A stretch of DNA of 64,000 bases from a virus. Lineage: Duplodnaviria > Caudoviricetes. Shown here piece by piece: positions 50,472 through 59,000 of this stretch. The notes below the pieces were generated by a model. The model was not told the DNA's origin. It was given only the letters and a program-made list of their open reading frames with translations, and made no database searches. Position 1 is the first letter of the stretch, and each line of letters starts with the position of its first letter. The DNA lies in IMG/VR virus record IMGVR_UViG_3300028888_000061, positions 1-64,000 of that record. One strand, given 5' to 3'. A program made the translations under genes and the position numbers.

Positions 50472-50513
50472 ACTATACACTGTGACGTTATGCGTGTAAC
50501 GTCACAGCACCAT
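50472..50513 (-). promoter_or_regulatory. Phage promoter motif copy 7 with palindromic operator
   Basis: ATGGTGCTG, N27, TATAGT; contains CTGTGACGTTA-N6-TAACGTCACAG. Confidence 0.75.
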
Positions 50514-50525
50514 CACAAACAGGCA

Positions 50526-51593
50526 TCAGACATCCTTAGGTAAATGCTCGCAAGTACGACATCCAAAACGAAACCATGAAACCATATATCCAAGACACTT
50601 ACCGACATTCTTCATCAACGAATCACTTGTTTTCCATTCCGACCACGCAGCCTTGAGTTCAGTACTCAGCTCTTCAAAGGTGCATAGGTCACTTTCACCT
50701 CTTATTACCGTATTTTGTTGTACGTACTGAAGAAACTCAAAAACCTTCCCAGAACACTTGTCCCAGTCAATCGTGCTGTTCAATGCATCAGACCAGTTGG
50801 CTTTACTGTCAGGAGACAGCTGCTTTCGGTAATTCGTTAGCACATCGAAACGCTCATTGTGCGTGATAGACTCATATTTACCTTTTACGAAATTCGATGT
50901 AAAAGTGAGGTCAAACGGGAAAGAAGGTCGGCAAAGATATCCGGTAAGACTCTGTGGAACTGAAGAAGAAACAGGCATTTTCAGAGTAAAACATCTTGAC
51001 CAGTTATCATCATTGTCAGGGTCATCGACTGAAAAATCCATCTCGAATTTGTCATCAGAACAGTTGTAATACGTAACGTTGACATCGGACGGAACGAATT
51101 TAAGTGCATTCTCATCGTCTTTTGGTGCAAACAATCCCGTAATATACGGCAATGGTGTGTACTGCTCATAGTTTGACTGCAAGTCAGTGAAATCCTCACC
51201 CATAGGCGACAAGTCTTTATTGAACATGGGGAGAACGTCAACAGCTTCAACAGAATTTGCCGGAATGTAAAAAATGAAATGATTGATGTTAAACAGAATG
51301 CTTTCAATCACGACACTCTGTATAGAATCTGCGTAAGTGCCGATATTGTCATTGAGATAGTCTTTCAGAAGAAGCCCGGTCAAACCAATGACAGGTAGAA
51401 TTTTCTTACGAACGATGCTACCCGGTATGATGAATCCGTCACATGTCCCATCATGGATTTTTTCGACCAGCGTTACTTCAAGCGCTTCATTGACGAATGA
51501 AATCTTTTTTATGCCGCTGCGTAAAAACCCGAAAGGGATAGGTAATGACCTTTTGACAAATTCCATGTTGCTTTTAAGCGAGAACCCCTGCAT
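50526..51593 (-). CDS. Hypothetical protein
   Basis: 355-aa ORF with AGGAG RBS. Confidence 0.6.
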   Translation of the reverse strand: MQGFSLKSNMEFVKRSLPIPFGFLRSGIKKISFVNEALEVTLVEKIHDGTCDGFIIPGSIVRKKILPVIGLTGLLLKDYLNDNIGTYADSIQSVVIESILFNINHFIFYIPANSVEAVDVLPMFNKDLSPMGEDFTDLQSNYEQYTPLPYITGLFAPKDDENALKFVPSDVNVTYYNCSDDKFEMDFSVDDPDNDDNWSRCFTLKMPVSSSVPQSLTGYLCRPSFPFDLTFTSNFVKGKYESITHNERFDVLTNYRKQLSPDSKANWSDALNSTIDWDKCSGKVFEFLQYVQQNTVIRGESDLCTFEELSTELKAAWSEWKTSDSLMKNVGKCLGYMVSWFRFGCRTCEHLPKDV

Positions 51594-51614
51594 TTCAAAC
51601 TCCTGTGTTCTGTG

Positions 51615-52481
51615 TTAAAAAATTGTGGATGTCTTTGACTTTCGCTCAGGAACCTCAGATTCCTGCGGTTTGTAATCCTCAAGTTCAATCCGAGACGAGG
51701 TGTCTTTTTTGGTACGTCCTTTAGATTTCGTGTTCCCAGATTTACGTGACGGTTTCTTCGTTGTTGTATCAGAACGTAAATGAATCTCAGAACACTCACT
51801 ACATTCTTTTGACGCAACAGAAACGGATTTCTCTGTAAACGACCTTTGACCTTCTTCTATATGACGTGCCGAGTTACTGTTTTCAGAAGCATGTTCGTTC
51901 CAGTCAATGATATAAGAATCTCGGTTTAGTTCAAAAGACGAAACCTCACCATAAAGACGTGCAAAGTCATTCCGTGTACCCTCAAACAAGAAAATCGTTC
52001 GTTGCTTTTTAACAACCATTCTTCTGCGAACAAACGAATTGATTATCTCTGTCAGATAACTATTGCGTTTCGCAACGCCTAACATAACAACACACAAACA
52101 CTCTGACGGAAACCAGAAGTCTCCGGACGAAAACGAATGGTCAAGTATTTGTGCATCATCGACATAAGAGAATCCATCCATAGCCGGAGGGAAGCAATCA
52201 CCTTCATTGTCCGTGTACATCATAAGAAGAGCATAAATAAGTCCTCTCAGTACCGGCTTCTTATAGAGCCATACCGTAACCGTGTCCCTTGAAAGCATGG
52301 ATAAAAACCGCTCTCTCTCAATGACAAGCATTCGATTCAGTTCGTCATGTGTAGGTCTGTTGTGTTCAGGGATACCACCCATACTTTGAAGAGCGGTCTT
52401 TCGGAACTTTATCCATGTAACTTGGTCGATTTTTTCAAGAACATCCCGATTGGATTCCGTTGACTTTGTGCTTTTTGCCAT
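51615..52481 (-). CDS. Hypothetical protein with disordered C-tail
   Basis: 288-aa ORF downstream of promoter copy 8. Confidence 0.6.
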   Translation of the reverse strand: MAKSTKSTESNRDVLEKIDQVTWIKFRKTALQSMGGIPEHNRPTHDELNRMLVIERERFLSMLSRDTVTVWLYKKPVLRGLIYALLMMYTDNEGDCFPPAMDGFSYVDDAQILDHSFSSGDFWFPSECLCVVMLGVAKRNSYLTEIINSFVRRRMVVKKQRTIFLFEGTRNDFARLYGEVSSFELNRDSYIIDWNEHASENSNSARHIEEGQRSFTEKSVSVASKECSECSEIHLRSDTTTKKPSRKSGNTKSKGRTKKDTSSRIELEDYKPQESEVPERKSKTSTIF

Positions 52482-52517
52482 AACGCCCCACCAAACAAAA
52501 AGAAAAACGCAAGTAGG

Positions 52518-52559
52518 ACTCTACCACAAATTTATGTAGAGCTTGAGTATCAGCACCAC
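52518..52559 (-). promoter_or_regulatory. Phage promoter motif copy 8
   Basis: GTGGTGCTG, N27, TGTGG-TAGAGT. Confidence 0.75.
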
Positions 52560-52566
52560 ACTGTCA

Positions 52567-52827
52567 TTATTCACTGATACCGAGAAGTTCCTTCCACTCG
52601 TTAATGTGTTCTGCATCTTTGTCCAACAAAAACTGCTCAAGAGACTTATCACGGTATTCAGGGTAATTCGATTCCATCCATTCTCCCAATGCAGTGATGT
52701 CAAGGACAAACATACCGAAAAGGAAAAGACGAGGGTCGATCATCCGTTTACGTTCCTGATAACCAAGACCAATGTTGGGTGCTAGTTCATTCAATTTCTG
52801 TGCAACAGCTGCCGGCGAGTTCAACAT
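52567..52827 (-). CDS. Hypothetical 86-aa protein displaced from its promoter by the tnpB element
   Basis: AGAAGGA RBS then ATG 52827, just outside the element's right end. Confidence 0.65.
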   Translation of the reverse strand: MLNSPAAVAQKLNELAPNIGLGYQERKRMIDPRLFLFGMFVLDITALGEWMESNYPEYRDKSLEQFLLDKDAEHINEWKELLGISE

Positions 52828-52842
52828 GTTTAACGTCCTTCT

Positions 52843-54291
52843 GTCAACTACCAACAGCCTAAAGGCGGTTGGCTTGTAACTGACCCGTAGCTCTTGAGCG
52901 AGTCTTTGAAACTCTACTACGTTTTTTACCAATCTTCTTTTCAGAAGATTGGCTGTCGTTACATCGTTGGGTGATTGACTGCACCCCAACATTGAGGGAC
53001 ATACCCTCAATGTTTTCTGTTTGTTCTTTAATCCATTGAAGACCAAGATTAAACAGATTCATTGCTCCAATACGGTCATCATTTGAACGATAACCACAAT
53101 TACGACAACAGAAACAATGGAGCTTCTTGTCTCTGTTAGACTTTTCAATGTGCCCGCATTTCGGACAACATTGGGACGTGTAACGTGGGTCAACATTGAT
53201 TACTAAACAAGAATTTCGTTGCGCCTTATACTTCAACTTTTGCTCAAGGTCATAGTATGACCAGCTCACTTGAACATAACGATCTTTTCTTTTGACCTTT
53301 TCAGCTGCACCACGAATCCCCTTTAAGTTCTCAAGCACAAAAAGCGTTTTTGAAGGATTACTGGTAACGAGTGCCTTCGATACACAATGATTTACATCGT
53401 TCATCCAACGGTTTTCTCGTTGTCCGATTTTCTTCAAACGTCTTCTACTTGATGATGTACCCCGTTTTTGAAGTTCTGTTCTTAATTCTTTGTACTGCGC
53501 CCTTTTATGCTTTACTTTTCCTCCGTTAAAGAATGTAGATTTGCCTTTAGAGTCATAGCTTACTGCAAGAAAATTTATGCCACGGTCAATACCAACCACG
53601 TTGCATATCTCAGAAACCTCACAATCCTCAACTTCTGATGTGACAGGGATGTGTAGGTAGTATTTACGTTTTGAACAGACAAGCCGGGCTGTTCCGAACT
53701 TGAACTTGTCTTTGTCGAAATACTGCTCCATTCCTTTTATGTCGAAGGGTGCTTTAATCCGTCCATCTAAAGTGTTGACGCTAAACACACCTTGAACAAG
53801 CGAATAATCACGATTCCATACAAGGTCTAGTTGAGGCTTTTGGAACTTTGGTTGAATCCACTGATGCTCTTCGGCAAGAATAGTCTTATATTTGGCTATC
53901 ACCGTGATAATGGCAGAACAAGCCATCTGTGATTTCAGACCAAATTTATCACGCAATTCTTCATAAATATCGTTATGGATTATTTCTCGTTTAAGGCATT
54001 TGTTTTCAAAGCAGTAAGCCGCAATTCTGTCACAGGCAAGGGAATACTGCACCATTGAACGGTCAAGTATTTTACGAACTGACCGTTCTGGGTGTATCTG
54101 AACCTTAGCTGTGACAACGATTTTCGACATTATTCTACCTCAAAAAGAAAGTCACACTAATTGACTTTCATTAGAATAGATGATATAAGCAAATTTGTTG
54201 AAAATCAAATATTGAGAGATAAAAATCAAGAATATTCGGGTTGCTTTCATCCAACGAGCTTTAGCCTGTGGGTTTCCTGCTCGCGGTTCTT
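52843..54291 (-). mobile_element. Non-autonomous IS200/IS605 (IS1341-like) element, tnpB only
   Basis: Left end TCAT|AAGAACCGCGAGCAGGAAACCCACAGGCTAAAGC; right end CAAGCCAACCGCCTTTAGGCTGTTGGTAGTTGAC; no tnpA. Confidence 0.85.
52859..54130 (-). CDS. tnpB: RNA-guided endonuclease TnpB
   Basis: RuvC-I GIDRG, RuvC-II VLENL, TSQ-CPKC...CRNC zinc finger, RuvC-III NDDRIGAMN. Confidence 0.95.
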   Translation of the reverse strand: MSKIVVTAKVQIHPERSVRKILDRSMVQYSLACDRIAAYCFENKCLKREIIHNDIYEELRDKFGLKSQMACSAIITVIAKYKTILAEEHQWIQPKFQKPQLDLVWNRDYSLVQGVFSVNTLDGRIKAPFDIKGMEQYFDKDKFKFGTARLVCSKRKYYLHIPVTSEVEDCEVSEICNVVGIDRGINFLAVSYDSKGKSTFFNGGKVKHKRAQYKELRTELQKRGTSSSRRRLKKIGQRENRWMNDVNHCVSKALVTSNPSKTLFVLENLKGIRGAAEKVKRKDRYVQVSWSYYDLEQKLKYKAQRNSCLVINVDPRYTSQCCPKCGHIEKSNRDKKLHCFCCRNCGYRSNDDRIGAMNLFNLGLQWIKEQTENIEGMSLNVGVQSITQRCNDSQSSEKKIGKKRSRVSKTRSRATGQLQANRL

Positions 54292-54297
54292 ATGAAG

Positions 54298-54338
54298 ACT
54301 CTACCACAAAATAAACGATGCCCTCACCACAGCACCAC
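54298..54338 (-). promoter_or_regulatory. Phage promoter motif copy 9 (now reads into the tnpB element)
   Basis: GTGGTGCTG, N26, TGTGG-TAGAGT. Confidence 0.75.
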
Positions 54339-54346
54339 TAAAACAA

Positions 54347-54380
54347 AAGTGGCAGCAGTTCGTGAAAACTGCTGCCACTT
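54347..54380 (-). terminator. Intrinsic terminator
   Basis: AAGTGGCAGCAGTT...AACTGCTGCCACTT. Confidence 0.75.
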
Positions 54381-54419
54381 CTTGTACGCACAAATACTCT
54401 TATAATACGTAAAGAGATT

Positions 54420-54854
54420 TTACATGGGCTTTACCAAAAATTGAGCACATTCTTCCATATCGTCTTGGTCTTCGCCATGGAAACAAAGCATGTAAGAATC
54501 TCCAGGCTCTCCGTCAACAAAGTCAACCGATATGTTAGCTCCATCAAACCATGACGGAGACATAACACGATTTAAAAAGTCATCAACAGAGTACGTCGCA
54601 TAATGTCCGGGCATACCGTTCAAAACCTGTAACGAGAATGAAAGACCCATACGATTAAAGTCTCTTTCAATACTGTGGAGTAACGATGCCAAATCACGCT
54701 CTGTTTCAGCCTCTACATGAGAATGCTTGTAAAACACATCGTCAATGTCCCTTGCGGAACTCTCATTTCTACGACGGAAGACAGACGCTTTATGTGACAC
54801 GAACTTCCGAGCTTCATTACCACGTTGCAGACCAAAATTGTTGAGGTGAATCAT
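54420..54854 (-). CDS. Hypothetical protein, paralog of 8111..8509
   Basis: FVDGEPG...EECAQF; basic leader RRRNES. Confidence 0.75.
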   Translation of the reverse strand: MIHLNNFGLQRGNEARKFVSHKASVFRRRNESSARDIDDVFYKHSHVEAETERDLASLLHSIERDFNRMGLSFSLQVLNGMPGHYATYSVDDFLNRVMSPSWFDGANISVDFVDGEPGDSYMLCFHGEDQDDMEECAQFLVKPM

Positions 54855-54866
54855 AAGTCATTTCTC

Positions 54867-55937
54867 CTACATGTAGCGTTTACGAATGGCTTTCGGAATA
54901 CGGTGTTCAACATTTTTAACGACATCATCAACACCAGAGCCAAGTGTTTTCTTTACTTGGTTCGGAACATCGGCAGGAGCACCCTTTCCACCATCCGTCT
55001 GAGGCATATACTCACGGTCAGGTGCACCATTGACAGCATTGTTCCCTGATTTAAGCGCAAGGCAGTTGTTCACTGCATAAGTGAGAACTTTTGCTCCGCT
55101 TGAGTTGTCATCAAACTTAGCGTCAATACGTGAAATACGGCTTGACGCACCTTCTCCAGTTTCGAGTACTTCATCGCAAAGTTTGTTAAACGCATCGTGA
55201 GCTGGTGAAGACTCCAAACAAACCTGTGCGGCTTTTAACATTGTGGTATCGCTGTCTTTCAGAACGTTCGATGCAGTCACATTTTCCTTTCCATCAACCT
55301 TGCTTGTTGCAATAGGAACTTTCCCGGTAACAGAAGCAATCACGCCTTGAACAGCAGCCAGTGCCTGTTTAGGTTCAAGTTTCTCTGAACACTTGAAATT
55401 GATTGCAACGACCTTTGCGTTTGGATTGAAAGCATAAACCTGAGACCAACGATGATGTCCATCAATGATGTACTTACCTTCAAAAATCCAAATGGCCGAA
55501 CCTGCCTTAATCTCAGGACTTTTTTCCATGAGCATCTTACGGAAGCTGTCTTTAGCTTTGTCAGGATTGTTTACAGTAAAACCAATGGAGTTTTCAAGAC
55601 CGATGAAATTCTGTGTCGGATACAATGAATGAACGTCATAACCTTTTTCAGCTTCTGCGGTAAATGTTATATCACCATTATTTCCACCAAAAGCATAATC
55701 AATCCATGCTTTTGCTTTGTCGTCATTTACACCATCCAACAGATGCTTAACGAAATCAGTGTAAGACTGCTTGTTTGAGAACTCAGACGGAGTCTCAACA
55801 GGTTTATTGTTATCATCGTCCGCTTCATAACGGCGAGTCCGACGATTGCGACCATAAGAACTTTCTTTGTGAAGACGTGCAATGTCTTCACCTGTCCACG
55901 AACGACGAGTTTCTTGCTTTTTTTTCTTAATCAACAT
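54867..55937 (-). CDS. ParB/Srx-fold protein with basic leader
   Basis: LYPTQ, YIIDGHHRW; MLIKKKK...RRYEA leader. Confidence 0.75.
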   Translation of the reverse strand: MLIKKKKQETRRSWTGEDIARLHKESSYGRNRRTRRYEADDDNNKPVETPSEFSNKQSYTDFVKHLLDGVNDDKAKAWIDYAFGGNNGDITFTAEAEKGYDVHSLYPTQNFIGLENSIGFTVNNPDKAKDSFRKMLMEKSPEIKAGSAIWIFEGKYIIDGHHRWSQVYAFNPNAKVVAINFKCSEKLEPKQALAAVQGVIASVTGKVPIATSKVDGKENVTASNVLKDSDTTMLKAAQVCLESSPAHDAFNKLCDEVLETGEGASSRISRIDAKFDDNSSGAKVLTYAVNNCLALKSGNNAVNGAPDREYMPQTDGGKGAPADVPNQVKKTLGSGVDDVVKNVEHRIPKAIRKRYM

Positions 55938-56036
55938 GGCAAACTCTCCAAACAGGTTTTCTTTTAACTGTAATGCACCACAGGCATAACGCAGACGCAA
56001 TACACTTTTTAGATACTGCGTCTGCACACTAAAGGA

Positions 56037-59000
56037 TTAAAAGTCGATTTCATCTAAAGATACGCCACACACACAATCGTCAGAAGGGCTTTCGTCTTCT
56101 GTAGCAACGACCTTAGCTTCGACAGTATGCGTGACTTTCGGCTTCACTTCAAGCGTATCCCATTCAGGTTCATACGTGTCCGTGTCGGCATCATACGTAA
56201 ATGGAACAAGACTGCCTAAATCGGTACGACTTATGGAAAGAGAACACTTGAGAGGTACTGGCCAGTCTTCACGTTCGATGGTCATACACTTAATACACAC
56301 AGGGATAACTTCCCTAGCCAACTCAATCGGGATAGAGAAATTGACCTCATCGTGAATGGTTGACATGAATTTCACTTGCGGATATGGTTTGAAAACTTTC
56401 TCCCACAATCGACAGAATATGATTTTCAAGACATCTGCGGCGGTCCCTTGAACTGCAGTATTTTTAGTAGTTCTCTCACCAAATGCCTGTTTTGCACGGT
56501 CAGGACTTGAAAGCCAAAACTTCACACGGCGATGACGACCGAACCCTGTGTTAATATCACCATACTGTCGAGCATACGCTATATTCTCTGCCTGACCTTG
56601 ACTGATTGCAGGAAGAGCATCTTTGAACTTCTTCATAAATTCACGACACTCGTCCAAAGTCATATCAGGGAATGACTGGTTGAACCCCTGTGCCCCAGAA
56701 CCGTAGAGTATGCCAAATGATGCTGCTTTCGCTTTCTTTCGTGCATCTTTCGTATAATTTTCTTCTCCGAACAGTTTGACTGCTGTGTTCCCATTCACTG
56801 TAATCCTGCCATCATAACGTGTGACAAGAAGTCCACCAGGAACCTCAAAACAGGAATACACAGGTCCCTCTGTGAGCGAGTGCTCATGCACTGAATGAAA
56901 AGTCATTCCGACATCTTTATTCGGACGGGATTCCATGTGAAGAGCATACCTGTCAGAGCGAATATTGTGACACACAACGCATGAATAACCACTGCATGTC
57001 AAATGCCATTGAATCCAGTCTGCAAGTCCTTTGTCTTGAATATAAGACCTGCCGTGAACATCATCACCATTTCCAAGACCAAGAGTGCTGTCTTTGCGGC
57101 ATGAAAGACCGTACAGCAAACCACATACAAAACCATTATGCTGGGCATCGGAGGTAAAGAGGAGTGCATCATCTTTCACGTGTCCTGATGTAACATCGAA
57201 ATCATGCTCAAGTAAGTAAGCAACACCTTTATCGGTAACAACAAGTGCGTTACAACCAACAAGACAGTATTTGTCAATGAATGCTTGTGCGTGATAATTG
57301 AACGCAAAACACGGTCTGTACGAAACGAACAATGTCTTATCAACGACCTTAATATCGGATGCGGAAAGAAATCCGAGAATAAACGATTCACAAGTATCTT
57401 CGTTTAAAGCAGTCTTGAAATCAACACGGTTGCCTACAGCTGTTTTCATTTGAAAACGCTGTTTTGCATTGCCGCAGTTGCGTAAGTTGTCAGCACGTTC
57501 GATATGGTATCCACGTTCATCGAAGCTCACATACATACGATGGTTGCCTGTGACGTTGAACACACCACTACGAACGAACACATCTTTTCCTTTATGCGTT
57601 GCTCGTTTGTCTGCACGTGTAAATTTAAAGGAATCTGACTTCTCGTCATAATAAGCAATCTCCATGTCAGAGGTGATTTGCTCCGCTTTCATCCACCCCT
57701 GTGATTTGACATAGAACTCAGTGTCCGGTGAATAACATGCCTTGTGCACGTCTGCACCGCTGTTGAACGCTTTTATCCATGTATCCTCGTGGTAAAGGTT
57801 AGCTACTATCCTCAATTCTTCAGCACACTGATGGACATTCATACCCTGTACGTACAGCTGGTGTTCTTGCGTCTGTACGGTGCAATTCCACACAGGTACT
57901 TCCCATTCACCAAAGTTCTCCATGTACCATGTATCGAACACATCACGTTTTTGCTGAACCCAAAGCGTGGCATCCTTGTAAAGGTAATCATAGATAAACT
58001 TCTCCTGCTCATCAGTTCCTTGAAGCCTGAGGTAAGTTCTGAATTTTTGGATATACTTCCATTGACCCTCAAGACGCTTCTGAACTTCGGTCATGTATGA
58101 AGCATCACCTGCAAGCTCAGTGGTAAACCCTTCATCGGTTTTGACGCTGCCAATCGCATCAAACATCCCTCGAACGAAATGTCTGAAGTTATCGCCCAAC
58201 CATTCAAAGTTCACTCGGTCTGAGGATGTAGTGAGTCCACATAGTATTCCCAAAGAAAGCAATCTTTCACAAACATCGTTTCGAGACAAATGCAGCACCC
58301 ACCATGCACTCTGCTCTGTGACTTTGTGCCTAATTTCATAACTCCCACCAAGAACTTTACCGATAAGTCGAAGGTGTTGTTCATCTTCTGACCAAACAAC
58401 CAACAAAAGAGAAGTGTTCTCGTCTTTCACGTAACGTAGAATATTACCAGAACAGAGTATGAACCCTAGAAGGTATGCTGACGTTGGTGTGCTATCACCG
58501 TCAAACACATTCATGTCATCCGAATACTCAATAAGTTCTGTACGTGGAACTTTTCCTTTAATGTCTTTTGCTTTGACTTGTTCTCCGTCAAGGATGAACG
58601 GATGGTTTTCAGTGCAGTAAATAGCCTGACCGCCGTTATCCGGGTACACCTTTATCATGGGTTTTACACCTGTACGCATAATGCGCTCAACAGTAACCCA
58701 TCCTTGCGGCGACCATACTTCATCTCCGGGCTTCATTTCGCAGATTCCCATATATCCACGTTTCGTTTGAACGGGCGAACCACCCTCAAGGCACATGTCT
58801 ATGGACACCACATAGCATTGGTCATTCTCAGGAAGAAACGCACGTCGGATATTAAGATTGTCAGGGTCCATTCCCTCGACCAGACCTTTTGCATCATCGT
58901 CAGGAATATCGTTCGAGAAATACCATCCGAGAATGTCACGTTTCTCTGCGATTTCCTGCTCAGTAGCCTTACGCCCTTTTAGCATGACGGCATGTGGTTT

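Noticed and set aside
52567-53046. 159-aa ORF overlapping the tnpB 3' end (IStron or fusion?)
   Set aside because: The N-terminal half is read-through of element sequence. The real start is ATG 52827 with an RBS, the insertion is intergenic, and the about 160-bp left region is too short for a group I intron.
52517-54310. 14-bp direct repeat GACTCTACCACAAA on both sides of tnpB, resembling a target-site duplication
   Set aside because: Both are the extended -10 of separate promoter copies. One lies over 300 bp outside the element end, and IS200/IS605 elements make no target duplication.
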